Shown here one piece after another: positions 1 to 13,877 of a DNA stretch of 60,162 nt. The stretch's first letter is position 1; every line of letters starts with the position of its first letter. A program made the translations under genes and the position numbers. Source of the stretch: Nemertoderma westbladi. Lineage: Eukaryota > Animalia > Xenacoelomorpha. The stretch lies in assembly GCA_032718475.1 (NCBI GenBank), contig JAUCBJ010008534.1, positions 1-60,162 of the forward strand. The letters are read 5' to 3'. A model generated the notes under the pieces. It did no database searches. It was not told the DNA's origin and saw nothing but the letters and a program-made list of their open reading frames with translations.

Positions 1-9
1 CTAACTCAC

Positions 10-1531
10 CTATAGCGGAAACTGTTGTTGGTTTAGGGCGCAACCGGAGGTTGTAGGTGTTGGAATGATTTAAGTTAAAGTCGTCTAGAGACTGAGTAAT
101 AAGGGTTGGTGAGGAGCTAGTGTCTGTTAGGGGACCCTGAGCGGTGTGGGGAGTCGAGTAGGTAGCGGTAGTGTCTGGGGCGAGAACATGAGTAGTGTTG
201 GTGGTAGAGGGAATAGTGTCTGGGTAGGGACCCTGAGCTACGTGGGGGGTCGAGTAGGTAGCGGTAGTGTCTGGGACGAGAAGATGAATAGTGTTGGTGG
301 TAGATGGAATAGTGTCTGGGTAGGGACCCTGAGCGGTGTGGGGAGTCGAGTAGGTAGCGGTAGTGTCTGGGACGAGAACATGAGTAGTGTTGGTGGTAGA
401 GGGAATAGTGTCTGGGTAGGGACCCTGAGCTACGTGGGGGGTCGAGTAGGTAGCGGTAGTGTCTGGGACGAGAACATGAGTAGTGTTGGTGGTAGATGGA
501 ATAGTGTCTGGGTAGGGACCCTGAGCGATGTGGGGGGTCGAGTAGGTAGCGGTAGTGTCTGGGACGAGAACATGAGTAGTGTTGGTGGTAGATGGAATAG
601 TGTCTGGGTAGGGACCCTGAGCGATGTGGGGGGTCGAGTAGGTAGCGGTAGTGTCTGGGACGAGAACATGAGTACTGTTGGTGGTAGATGGAAGAGTGTC
701 TGGGTAGGGACCATGAGCTACGTGGGGGGTCGATGAGTTTGTCTCTGCAGAGATTCCATAATGTCTATCTATATCGAAGAACAACTCCTTCAAGCCATCG
801 CCAACCTCATCTATATCGGACTTATATTCCAGTTGGTCTTCCGACTTAATGCGTAGGATTACCGGAACATCTGACTGGTCTGCTGATAGAGGTTGGGTAG
901 AATAATGGTTTGAGTTGGTTGAGCTTACTGCGGGGGTATAACTATAAGATAATACAGTTAAACTGATTGTATTATTACTCGATTCAGATTCAATGAGGTT
1001 TGGTTTGGTGTCTATCGGACTCAGTTTGGGATCCATTTGTATTTGTTCTCCCGGGAGGTCTGTCTGGTTGAGGTGTTGTAACCTCACCACAGGCTGCATG
1101 GATGATGATTCGGTAGATGGCGTGCAACGACTAGAGTTTCGGGATTTCCAATGGAATCTCATTTCGGTCGCAGGATTGTCATTGTGGCGGTACGTTACCG
1201 GTGTCAAAGCCGTTGTCCTCAATGGTCTCTGCGTTAGCGACAGACCGGTCTTACAGTTACCGGTAGTTGGGACAGTGGCCGGTGATTGGGTCGTGTTATC
1301 CGAGGTGGTGGCGGCGTTGTTAGACCCAGAGGAGAGTACGCGATGCAGCCACTCGGTAATACGAACAGCCGTACATTTATTAGCAACATAATCATCCAGA
1401 AAACTACAGTTCGCGTCCAAGAATTCTTCGATAAACCTCCGAACAAATGAAACATTTTCTGAACAGATGTTTGCCAACATTGATTTGGTAATAACCAAAG
1501 CGCTAGAGGACTCAATAGTTGATGGTTCCAT
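10..1531 (-). CDS. Zinc-finger paralog A, coding exon 1 (N-terminal domain + Thr/Pro-rich repeat linker); finger exon lies left of the window
   Basis: ATG at 1531 reads MEPSTIESSSALVITKSMLANICSENVSFVRRFIEEFLDANC..., near-identical to ORF 24917..26368. Ends at donor ATAG|GTGAGT (intron starts at 9). Length 1522 = 3n+1, same phase-1 intron as paralog B. Confidence 0.85.
131..735 (-). repeat. 96-bp coding tandem repeat (32-aa STPHVAQGPYPDTIPSTTNTTHVLVPDTTATY-like unit), ~6.3 copies
   Basis: GGGACC(C/A)TGA recurs at 131, 227, 323, 419, 515, 611, 707. Confidence 0.95.
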
Positions 1532-2055
1532 AGTACTGCAATGTACTGCTGTACTGTCAGACTGTAGTCGTTTCCGATGTTTCGAATTCCTTATTTACTT
1601 TAATCAAACAATAATAGGCCTAGCTAATATAGCAGTGGTACCTGGTGCCTGGTACAGGCAACCCAACAGGGGTACCATACAAGTCCCTAAAAGGTGCCAC
1701 CCTGCTCCAGAGTAGCAGAGTAGGGATCGACCGAATTAGGTATTCGGTTTGGTACCGAATTTTGACGAATACTGGAATATGGCATATTCGGTTCCGGCCG
1801 AATTTGAAAATTTTAGTTGCGAATATTTGTCTCAAATTGCAAATTACTACGGTCTGACGGTGGAAGCAACATCAGATAGAACCTGGAACATAGCGGTAAG
1901 AAATTATTACAGTATTATTAAATATACACATAACTGCATAATGAATCTGATTTATTACGGTACCGGTATACAGGTATAGCAGTATACAGTCGGTGAGAAG
2001 TCCAAAATTGGACTTCGACTCCAGCTCAACTCAAGTCCAAAATTGGACTTCTGTG

Positions 2056-2256
2056 GGGTATAACTTTTCGCCGTATCCGTATCCGTATGCATTTGCCGTA
2101 TCCGTATGTACATACGCATATGTCTGTATGTGCCGTATGTAATGGATTCCTATTCCTATGGAGAATAATCCGTATGTGTTTAGAGATTAGATGTGCATAC
2201 GGATACGGCAATTGCATACGGATACGGATATGGCGAAAAGTTATAGGGGCCTACCC
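2056..2256. mobile_element. 201-bp MITE, Mutator-like (9-bp TSD, G-starting termini)
   Basis: ACTTCTGTG duplicated at 2047-2055 and 2257-2265. Termini GGGTA...TACCC with internal inverted arms TATAACTTTTCGCC(G/A)TATCCGTATCCGTATGCA. Confidence 0.8.
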
Positions 2257-4127
2257 ACTTCTGTGAGTCCAATATTGGACTTCAAATCAGCCAATTCTGC
2301 AATTGTTCCATGGATTTTTTTTTAATCGAAAGTATATAAAAAAATACGAGTTTTGAACAGGGGGGCCAGAAATTCACCAGGCTGCCAGGGGGAACTTATT
2401 TTATAAGGCTTTGAATTTGTACAAAAGTCCAATTTTGGACTTTAGGTAGGACATTGAGAATCAAACTTAAAGGTACATGAAGCATGACACAGATGAGAGA
2501 CAGCTATTAAGAATTAAGTTATGGAAAGTTACCTTTGCAGCTCTGTATGTATCTTCAGTGTTGTACTGTACTTAGAATATAATGGTACATTCTAGCATTC
2601 AGGGTCAGGCATTCTAGGTACCGGTACTTTACTATTAGCATATTGTTTACATTCATGTTTATGACTAACCCTGTAACCATACAGTCTTATGTACCCCGGA
2701 CTTTAGGAGTCTTTAGGACTAGATTCGATTATGCTCCAACAAATATTTAATTACAAATTATATTTGGTGGAAACTGGTAGCAATGCCAGGTTTGACAACT
2801 GCAGCTGCTGCTAAGGCTAACTACAGTACAAGCTACAATTTCGTCTAAGCCTATGGGCTGATGGGAGCCCTATCAGAAAAAGAAATACTAAAAGTTTATG
2901 CTACCCTACAGTACCACCATCTCATCTCATTTTTCCATACAACAGGAAGGGTATTTTAAAACGAATGGATAAGGGTCCTACAAATTACCCAAAAAAACAC
3001 AATATTACCCAAAAAAAACACAAAAATACACAAAAAAACACAAAAATACACAAAAAAATCTTATAAAACAATATTACCCAAAAAACTACCGGTACCCAAA
3101 AAGACAAAAAAAATGTTTTTCATAAACAATGTATCTACAATACGATTTAGGTTAATTTTGTAAGAAGAGTTTCACATTTCAGTTTTCAATTTTCACTTTT
3201 TTCAAAATATTACCAGTACATTTTGTTCATTTGAAGATTCCTTTAATGACCTACTGCCACCGGTTTACCGGTAAGCCTACCCACCCAGGCTGCCAGACAG
3301 CATACAAAATCAGATTTCTTAATTAATGGAAAGGAGCAGGTTACAGTAGCCTTCTTTTCTAACCAAAACAAATAAACGATAACCAAAGAACACAGGTTAC
3401 AGTCTTATTTTTCCAACCCTATAGGATATAAATTATTTTTGTCTTTTTGGGTAAGTTTTTTGGGTATGACATTTGCTAGAACATCCGCATCTTCAAGGCC
3501 AGTGTCCTTTAACACTAATATGTACATGTGTGCTACATTTTGTAGTCCGAAATGTTTCAGCATCAAGTTTGTTAAATAAATTTTGGAATTAATACTCCAG
3601 GCGCCATCTATCCCTAGATTAAGGCATTAAATATATGCTTAAACATTCCTATGACCATAAATGTCTATTTATACACCACTGAGAATAGAAAACCTCCAAA
3701 GGTACATGTCAACTACAAAATGTAGTCTTGAGTTCTCCATATAATCACATATGAAATTTTTGTTATAGAGTGAGGGGTTGTGTTCAATATGATGCAGAAA
3801 CAGGTTATACAGTCAGTAAAGTAATATTGATGTTTTAGGTAAGAGCTACACATTCATGCTACACAACAACACTCAATAGCTAATTCTGAGGCACCTGCCC
3901 ATCTGAAAAATTATCTTATTGGCGATTTCCCCAACCATGAATTTAATCAAAGTCAATTTTGATTGGGTCTTACATTATTACATTGTAAATTACAATAAGA
4001 ATTATTACTTGACAAAACGAAATCATATATGTCAGTCAGTAAGTCTGCAAAGATCATTGTGTAGGTTGTACGTTTTATTATTTTATTTCTATATGTACGT
4101 ACCCACCCGGCTGCCCGGTTTCCGTAA

Positions 4128-7100
4128 ATGTCCAGAGTTTGGCGTAGTTTAGAACATCATATAATATTTGGCGAAGATGTTCATGATGGCAGTGAAGGTT
4201 CATCTGATGAAGCAAGTGAAGGGGAAGAAAATATTAGGCTTATTGAGGAAAGTGAAAATGACTGTGATTCAAACATTGATAATATTTCAGGTTTATTGAG
4301 TGATAGTGATTTTGAACTTGAGATCGAGAGCAGCTGTAGTGGTGGTAGTGATAGTGAGTCTGATTCAGGAGAATCTATATCCACATTACCAGGCACAAAT
4401 GAAAATATCATTTTAGCACGTTCTGGTGATGAGTATGTTGAATAAGAACCCAAACCAAGAAAGAAATCACGGATAGATATTGTCAGAGTTGTACCTAGAG
4501 TTTTACAAAACCCAATAACGGAACTTGATAGTTTTTTTATGTTTTTTACAATTGAAATTATTTACATCATATTGCGTGAGACCAATAGAAAATGTCGAAT
4601 CCTAGGTGAAAAACTTGGAAAAACATTCATTCAGTTTTCATTTGTTGAGCTAAAAGCGACAATAGTATCTACATCATTGTCCAGAATAGGGTGTTTCCCT
4701 TCACTTCTATGGGGCTTTCTATTACTCCTACCTGTCCCAAATACGTTGTCTAATGATTTCCAACCTGTCCAATATAGGGGCATCCAATCAAATCATCATA
4801 TGAGCCAACTCCTCTTCATCGGACCAATACCAACATTCCTAAAGTTAGGCATCTCCCTTATTGGCTATATAATGTAAAGGTTAATGGAAAATTCCACTGG
4901 TATATAATTCAAGTGTCAACTACGAATCCAGGGCTCATTATAACAACCTATACTGGACAGAGCAACGTATTTGGGACAAGAGCTGGTTGAGGTATATGTA
5001 CAGTGGAAATTCCCATTCTAAATAAGGGCATTTGGAATACTTGTTCCCTAGTTATGGTTAAAGATATACTGTGGGTGCCTTGCAAATGGCCTGTAAGACT
5101 GTGATGCATTATAGGCTATAGTGTCATCATAGTCACGTTATTTAATTTCATGTTGTACAATTTATTCATATTGTGCAATTTATCATGTTGTGCAATTTAT
5201 TCATTGTGCAATTTATTCATTGTGCAATTTATTCATGTGGTGCAATTTATTCACTTATAATAAATCTAAATACATTCGTATATTAATAATTAAATGACAA
5301 TCAAATTAGTGATATCGCAACCTCCTCCCCCGGACTCAACTTCATCCCAAATAGTCCTTAATAAGTCTTAAATTTGACTCAAATAGGTTGTTAGTGTCCC
5401 ATATAGGGTGTTTGTGTCCCATATAGGTTGATTTTGTCCAAAATAGCCTGTAGCTTTATCAAAATTATTTCAAATAGTTTATAAATGTAAAGGAATACTG
5501 AAAAGAATATTGACTTCATAATCATAGCTTTAATTCCAATTTGTCCCAAATAGGTTGTTTATGTCCCATATAGGGTGTTTGTGTCCCACACAGGGTGTTT
5601 TTATACCAAATAGCATGTAACTTTCTCAAAATGATTTTACATAGTTTATAAATATGATGGAAATACTCAAAGGAAAATAGAATCCACTATCATAAATAGC
5701 TTTAATTTAAATTTGTCCCAAATAGGTTGTTTGTGTCCCATATAGGGTGTTTGTGTCCCAAATTGCGTGTGACTTTCTCAAAATGATTTTACATAGTTTA
5801 TAAATATAATGGAATAGTTAAAAGCAAATAGAATTCACTATCATAGCTTTAATTTAAATTCGTCCCAAATAGGGTGTTTTTGTCCCATATAGGGTGTTTG
5901 TGTCCCGTATAGAGTGTGAATTGCTTATAATAATTTCAAGTAGTTTCTAAATGTAATGGAATAATAAAAAGAATATAGAATTCACTATCATAGCTTTAAT
6001 TTCAATTTGTCCCAAATAGGTTGTTTTTGTCCCATATAGGGTGTTTGTGTCCCGTATAGGGTGTGAATTGCTTATAATGATTTCAAATATTTTCTAAATG
6101 TAATGGAATACTCAAAAGAATATAGAATTCACTACCATAGCTTCAATTTCAATTTGTCCCGAATAGGTTGTTCATGTCCCATATAGGGTGTTTGTGTCCC
6201 ATATAGGGTGTTTGTGTCCTAAATTGCGTGTGACTTTCTCAAAATGACTTTACATAGTTTATAAATATAATGAAATACTCAAAAGAAAATAGAATTCACT
6301 ATCATAGCTTTAATTTCAATTTCTCCCAAATAGGTTGTTTTTGTCCCATATAGGGTGTTTGTGTGCCAAATAGCGTGTGACTTTCTCAAAATGATTTTAC
6401 ATAGTTTATAAATATAATGGAATACTTAAAAGAAAATATAATTCACTATCATTTTTTCTTTAATTTAAATTTGTCCCAAATAGGTTGTTTGTGTCCTGTA
6501 TAGGGTGTTTCTGTCCTGAATAGGGGAATACAGCTTGCCAACACATTGTTGCTGAATAGGGTGTACATTTCTTATAATGATTTTAAATAGTTTCTAAATG
6601 TAATGGAATACTCAAAAGAAAATATAATTCACTATCATAGCTTTAATTTAAATTTGTCACAAATAGGTTGTTTATGTCCCATATAGGGTGTTTGTGTCCC
6701 AAATAGCGTGTGACTTTCTCAAAATGATTTTACATAGTTTATAAAGAAAAATATTTTTTTTATTATTCCATTATATTTATAAACTATGTAAAATCATTTT
6801 GAGAAAGTCATACGCTATTTGGCACACAAACACCCTATATGGGACAAAAACAACCTATTTGGGACAAATTTAAATTAAAGCTATGATACTGAATTATATT
6901 TTCTTTTGAGTATTCCATTATATTTATAAACTATGTAAAATCATTTTGAGAAAGTCACACGCTATTTGGGACACAAACACCCTATATGGGACACAAACAC
7001 CCTATATGGGACATAAACAACCTATTTGGGACAAATTTAAATTAAAGCTATGATAGTGAATTCTATATTCTTTTGAGTATTCCATTACATTTCGAAACTA

Positions 7101-9609
7101 TTTGAAATCATTATAAGCACTTCACACCCTATATGGGACACAAACACCCTATATGGGACACAAAACAACCTATTTGGGACAAATTTAAATTAAAGCTATG
7201 ATAGTGGATTCTATTTTCTTTTGAGTATTTCCATCATATTTATAAACTATGTAAAATCATTTTGAGAAAGTCATACGCCATTTGGTACAAAAACACCCTA
7301 TATGGGACAAAAACAACCTATTTGGACAAATTTAAATTAAAGCTATGATATTGAATTATATTTTCTTTTTAGTATTCCATTATATTCATAAACTATGTAA
7401 AATCATTTTGAGAAAGTCACACGCTATTTGGGACACAAACACCCTATATGGGACACAAACACCCTATATGGGACAAAAACAACCTATTTGGGACAAATTG
7501 AAATTAAAGCTATGGTAGTGAATTCTATATTCTTTTGAGTATTCCATGAGATTTAGAAACTAATTAAAATCATTTTGAGAAAGTTACACGCTATTTGGGA
7601 CACAAACACCCTATATGGGACACAAACAACCTATTTGGGACAAATTTAAATGAAGGCTATGATAGTGAATTCTATTTTCTTTTGAGTATTCCATTACATT
7701 TCGAAACTATTTGGAATCATTATAAGCACTTCACACCCTATACCGGACACAAACACCCTATATGGGACACAAACAACCTATTTGGGACAAATTTAAATTA
7801 AAGCTATGATAGTGGATACTATTTTCTTTTGAGTATTTCAATTATATTTATAAACTATATAAAATAATTTTGAGAAAGTCATACTTTATTTGGCACACAA
7901 ACACCCTATATGGGACACAAACAACCTATTTGGGACAAATTTAAATTAAAGCTATGATAGTGGATTCTATTTTCTTTTGAGTATTTCCATTATATTTATA
8001 AACTATGTAAAATAATTTTGAGAAAGTCATACGCTATTTGGCACACAAACACCCTATATGGGACAAAAACAACCTTTTTGGGACAAATTTAAATTAAAGC
8101 TATGATAGTGAATTTTATATTCTTTTGAGTATTCCATTACATTTAGAAAATATTTTAAATCATTATACGCAATTCACACCCTATACGGGACACAAACACC
8201 CTATATGGGACAAAAGCAACCTATTTGGGACAAATTGAAATTAAAGCTATGGTATTAAATTATATATTCTTTTGAGTATTCCAGGAGATTTAGAAACTAT
8301 TTAAAATCATTTGGAGAAAGTGACACTCTATTTGGGACACAAACACCCTATATGGGACACAAACACCCTATATGGGACACAAACAACCTATTTGGGACAA
8401 ATTTAAATGAAAGCTATGATAGTGGATTCTATTTTCTTTTGAGTATTTCCATTATATTTATAAACTATGTAAAATCATTTTGAGAAAGTCATACGCTATT
8501 TGGGACACAAACACACTATGGGACACAAACACCCTAGATGGGACACAAACACCCTATATGGGACACAAACATCCTATATGGGACACAAACAACCTAATTG
8601 GGACAAATTTAAATGAAAGCTATGATAGTGAATTCTATATTCTTTTGGGTATTCCGTTACATTTCGAAACTATTTGAAATCATTATAAGCACTTCACACC
8701 CTATACGGGACACAAACGCCCTATATGGGACACAAACAACCTATTTGAGTCAAATTTAAGACTTATTAAGGACTATTTGGGATGAAGTTGAGTCTGGGGG
8801 AGGAGGTTGCGATATCACTAATTTGATTGTCATTTAATAATTATTATACGAATGTATTTAGATTTATTATATGTGAATAAATTGCACCACATGAATAAAT
8901 TGCACAATGAATAAATTGCACAACATGAATAAATTGCACAATATGAATAAATTGCACAACATGAAATGAAATAATGTGACTATGGTGACACTATAGCCTA
9001 TAATGCATCACAGTCTTACAGGCCATTTGCAAGGCACCCACAGTATATCTTTAACCATAACTAGGGAACATGTATTCCAAATACCCTTATTTAGAATGGG
9101 AATTTCCACTGTACATATACCTCAACCAGCTCTTGTCCCAAATACGTTGCTCTGTCCAGTATAGGTTGTTATAATGAGCCCCGGATTCGTAGCTGACACT
9201 TGGATTATATATCAGTGGAATTTTCCATTAACCTTTACATTATATAGCCAATAAGGGAGATGCCTAACTTTAGGAATGTTGGTATTGGTTCGATGACGAG
9301 GAGTTGGCTCATATGATGATTTCATTGGATGCCCCTATATTGGACAGGTTGGAAATCATTACACAACGTATTTAGGACAGGTAGGAATAATAGAAAGCCC
9401 CATAGAAGTGAAGGGAAACACCCTATTCTGGACAATGATGTAGACACTACTCAAAAGCGAGCCTGGCTGTACTGATAATGGCAGGAGTTTATAAAAGTGC
9501 ACATCAAAACATTCAAGAGCTCTGGCATCCGATTCATGGACCACCATTCTTTAAAGCTACTCTTGGCTTTCAACGATTCAAATTTCTAATTCGCTGTCTA
9601 CGATTTGAT
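4128..9609 (+). pseudogene. Decayed piggyBac transposase 5' half, split by the foldback element
   Basis: Acidic N-terminus (4128-4445), then MFFTIEIIYIILRETN...VELKA (4539-4659). Resumes at 9453 as KASLAVLIMAGVYKSAHQNIQELWHPIHGPPFFKATLGFQRFKFLIRCLRFD, typical of piggyBac DDE_Tnp_1_7. Internal stop at 4443. Confidence 0.85.
4660..9452. mobile_element. Foldback-type element: ~4.8-kb palindrome with modular arms, 8-bp TSD AAAAGCGA
   Basis: 4660-~5390 is the reverse complement of ~8740-9452. Inner arms are ~147-170-bp units with 20-bp GTCCCATATAGGGTGTTTGT subrepeats that switch orientation at ~6745-6775. AAAAGCGA at 4652-4659 and 9453-9460, and the host piggyBac frame resumes exactly there. Confidence 0.92.
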
Positions 9610-11269
9610 TTAATTTAGTTTTAATTTAGTTTTACAGCTCAAATGAACCATATAGGCCTATTGAAATTACTTAGTAAATACAATTGACATACATGACTAC
9701 AAATTGTAGCACACATGTACCATTTAGTAAAGACCACAAGTCTGTACCGATTAATGTTAAGACAGTAAGATGCGTCTCCCAATGCTGATATACCGCAGCT
9801 ATGCAGCTATGTCTGCTATTACAGTATTCAGTATATTGGGTCTGTGTGTTTGGGGCCATGATGTTCTATCCTTCTATCTCTATGACTGTATGATCTATTC
9901 ATACAGTCATATGCTCATATGGGTACCGGTACACTTAGAGTTGTACTAAAGTCCAATATTGGACATTGGAGTCCAAAATTAGACTTGGAGTCTAAAATTG
10001 GACTTGAAGTGCAATTTTTGATTTCTCACCGACTGGTATAGGACAGTAGGAAAAGACATTTATTAGCAACTGTGGTTTGCCTTATTTCAGTATTTTATAA
10101 TAACATATCATTATTGATTAGGCCTACTGTTAGGCGAAGTACTGAGTTAAAATCCCAGTCGCCGACATACTTTTTTGTAATGACATTTTTAGCACTCAAA
10201 TCAGGACAAAATTGCAATTACAGTATAACCTTAAATTTGGTATGCCTATGAAACAATATACGATTGCATTGATTTAATTTTTTCTGACGAAAAAGTAAAT
10301 TAAAATATTTTTTGGTGGAATTTCTAAAAATTTGAGAATAAAAAAGTGTTGAAAGAGCACCAACGTAGAAAAGGTTTGCACGTAGGCCTAATTTGAGCAA
10401 AATCCAAGCACTCTCAAAAGTTATTGCAACATTAGTGTCTGCAGGGCGAACTCTAAACAAAACGGAACTCAATATCCAATAATCTGATATTGGTTTATGT
10501 TGTTATAAGCACTTAAGTAGCGTATCAGCTCTTTTAGTTACATTTTAGTACTGTAGTTAATTCGAGAACACAAAATTATTTAACATTGAGTAAGGAAAGG
10601 AACCATAAGGAGTTGAAGAGTGCAGTAATTTGAATTACAGTTTAACTTAACTACTGGTATGGAAGTAATATAGTTGTAAAATACTACTTTATCATTACTA
10701 CTTTATCGCTCTATTTTTTTTATTAAATAATTGACCAACAAAAAAGTACTAATAACATAAGAATAAAATTCCGTACTACCATAGAACATTTTTTTTCTCA
10801 ATACTCTTTCGACCCATTTTTAACCTCGGTGATGCTTGGTAAATAAAATGCCTCGAGCAGTCGAGAATAGTGAAAAAAGTTTTACGTTTTTCCCATGTAA
10901 TAAATATTTATTACATTAAGTAATATTTGTAATTTCCATAGTGGACTGTCAGACTGTCACTCTTGTCAGGCCTATGTAAGAAATAATGAAGGATTATGAA
11001 ACAATGTTAATCACTTACTTAACAATGTTAGATCTGTAGATGGACCCACAAATACCGTAGTTCTTATCCGTAGGCGCTAGTAGTTCAGTAGCACCGTAGC
11101 CGATTTTCCCCCTTTCTTATATTCTTTTTAGTAAAAACATTTATTACATAAACATTTTTACATTAAAAATAAAATTGAATTTTATGACTTTGGCACTTTA
11201 GTGTCAAAGTTTTTAATATTCGGTATTCGGTAACTAGTCCTAGTGTTGAGAACTGAATCAATTTTGACT

Positions 11270-11460
11270 AATTTCAGTTATAGTTACAGTTTCAGTATTC
11301 AAAGTTTTGCATTTCAGTTACAGTTACAGTTTCAGTATTCAAAGTTTTGCATTTCAGTTACAGTTACAGTTTCAGTATTACAAAGTGTAACATTTCAGTT
11401 ACAGTTACAGTTTCAGTATTACAAAATTGAGCATTTCAGTTTCAGTTACAGTTTCAGTTA
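11270..11460. repeat. ~39-bp tandem repeat with (CAGTTA)n core
   Basis: TTTCAGTTACAGTTACAGTTTCAGTATT recurs about 5 times. Confidence 0.8.
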
Positions 11461-12159
11461 TAGATTCAATATATATGATCTCATGTAGTAAGCAGTCATC
11501 TGAAACTAAAAATGAGGCACTTTAATATATTACTGTTATATACGCTAATAATAATGTTCATTACGAAACGTCCTCTTTCTAGAGCTAATAGGTACCGGTA
11601 GTTGTTGTAGGAAAGTTGGACCCACGCTATGGTAATATTTTGTAACTAATATACTGATATGTAATGAAAGTGGCACGTCACAAGATCACACTAAAGGCAC
11701 CCACATTTTACTGTACATCTTGTTTCAGTGCTTGTACACTTATTGTTATCATTTATTGTTTTGGTTATAAAGCCATGCTTCTGAATTCTGCTCATTTTCC
11801 TTAATTCGTAATTTGTTTTAGTAATCATATATTTATTGTTTTGGTTAGACCCACCTCGATAAGCTGCTCCTTTCACTTTTAAGTTTAATTTTGTAATTTA
11901 TAATGGTAAACTTGATCAAAATTTAACATCCCATAACAACTTAAAGCATTTATAAAACAGGCAATATCATTGGATGTTCACAAAATGATCGCTTGGGTTT
12001 TTACTCTCATGTTAATAATATATACAGAATGATATTAGATCAGTACCGGTAACAAAGTATATAGCAATAGTCATACAATATAACATACAAGATAATATAC
12101 AGTATATCTAAGAGTTAGTCCGAGGCCATGGCAGGCACAGTATAATACATGGTATGAGT

Positions 12160-13877
12160 CACAACACTTTCAATTCCATCGACCGATCCCGTATGTTTTC
12201 CGAAATCCGAATGCATATTCCATCTATATCTACATGGATGGAACCCTGCTACAGCACACAGGGGATTCTCTGGATTGGTGACAATTACATCCTAAGTTGT
12301 TGTGGCGTTCAGCAGGGCGAGCCTCTTGGGCCTCTAGGGTTTGTCATAACAGAACAGCCCATAATCTTTAGGATAAAGGAGGAAGTCCCGAACCTCCTCA
12401 TCATTGCCGGTTACCTTGATTACGGCACCCTTTGTGGCTCTCCCGAAGACCTTGCTAAGGCCCTGAATATCCTAGAAGAAGAGGGGTTAACATATGGCCT
12501 TCATTTCAACCACTCCAAGTCCCAACTCTTCATCCCAGAATTGACCATTCAACCCTCTTCCACACACCATCCCTGTTCTCGCAGAGTGCCTCACACTTCT
12601 GGGTTCTCTAATTGGTCCCCAGTCATACTGCGAACAGATTCTCTTATCCAGGATTGTCAAAGTCAAGACAATCATCGAGCGTCTACCAAACCTCAGGGAC
12701 TCACAGATGGAGACCACCTTGCTCCGTTCATGCTTGTCCCTACCAAAGGTAGTCTTTACCTTACGATGCTGTCCACCTCCACTGATTAAGGAGTCATCAG
12801 AACTTGTTGACCTAGCTATGCGGGATGCCCTGTCAGTCTTAGTTGGGGGTCTCTCTCAGATTGGTCCTACAACAAGGCTTGTTTGCCTACCTCCATGGGT
12901 GGTCTTGGTCTGCACAAAGCCATCGACCATGCTCCTGCAGCGTACTTGGCTTCTGTTTGCCAATCGGAGGCTCTTGTGTCACAAATTCTCCACCATAGCT
13001 CACTCAAAAACCACATAGTCCCATCCCTCCAGTCTCTGGCGCGCAATCTGCAAATGAACCCCAATGGAACACCATCGATGCTCTCCCAAGCTCAGTTACT
13101 CAACTGAAGATATCCATTGATATTGACCTGAAACTCCATGAGCAGCTACTGTCCTCCGCGCCAGACACTCGTTCAACAGTCCTCTCCAACTGGCCCACTC
13201 TGGTGACTGGCTGCAAGCTATACCATGTGAAAGCCTTGGGCTTCATTTTATGGATGCAGAGTTTAGGGTCTGTCTCTGTTACTGGCTTGGTATCCGCATG
13301 GCCTCTGGCCCTTCCCCTTGCCCTGTATGCCTATCACCAGCCAACCCATTAGGAGACCACCACATAGGATGGAGTGGCGGTGTGGACAATCTCACGCCAT
13401 GACTCTCTTCGGGATGCACTCTTCAGCTGCTCTTGCGCCCTGAAGTGAAGTCCCTGGCCTGATCCCAGGTTTCCGCAACCATCCATCCAACATCTTTATC
13501 CCAAACTGGCAACGAGGCCAACCAACAGCCCTGGATATAACTGTAATTTCATCCCTCCAGATGCGAACTGTTGAAGGTGCTGCCGCAACCCCAGGACATG
13601 CATTATCCATCGCGTACGACCGCAAGATAGTTGCCCACGCAGAAGAGTGCCGCAACTCTGTAGTTGGCTTTATCCCCCTACCAGTGGAAGCCCTGGGTGG
13701 TTGGCACCCTCATGCCTCGGCCACTATTCGGGAGATAGGCTGTCTCCAAGGTCTCAGACGATGCATTCCCTCTAGTGACTCCCTCCGCCACATGTTCCAG
13801 AGACTATCCATCACGCTGTGACGGTGTAACGCCACAATGTGGTTACGCTGGGACCAGGTTTTCCCCCCATCAGTCGA
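12160..13877 (+). mobile_element. Decayed, 5'-truncated non-LTR retrotransposon with RT and C-terminal restriction-like endonuclease (CRE-clade-like)
   Basis: GVQQGEPLGPLGF, AGYLDYGT (xWYLDDGT-like), LPTSMGGLGL, SGDWLQAIP, IFIPNWQRGQPTALDITV, FIPLPVEALGGW and FQRLSITL, spread over frameshifted ORFs. Confidence 0.85.

Larger units (their letters stand above)
1987..10035. mobile_element. Non-autonomous DNA transposon with 13-bp TIR CAGTCGGTGAGAA and 5-bp TSD, expanded by nested insertions
   Basis: CAGTCGGTGAGAA at 1987 and TTCTCACCGACTG ending 10035. GTATA flanks both sides (1982-1986, 10036-10040). The palindromic motif AAGTCCAAAATTGGACTT is repeated near both ends (~2000-2440 and ~9950-10005). 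Confidence 0.75.

Noticed and set aside
146-1715. Plus-strand ORFs 146..736, 993..1391, 1467..1715 (and 25085..25705, 25836..26228, 26304..26750)
   Set aside because: Antisense shadows of the minus-strand zinc-finger exon 1, which has splice and paralog support.
1721-11242. Single hAT-like element from TAGGGATCGACCGAA (1721) to ATTCGGTAACTAGTCCTA (11242)
   Set aside because: Right end too degenerate and no TSD found.
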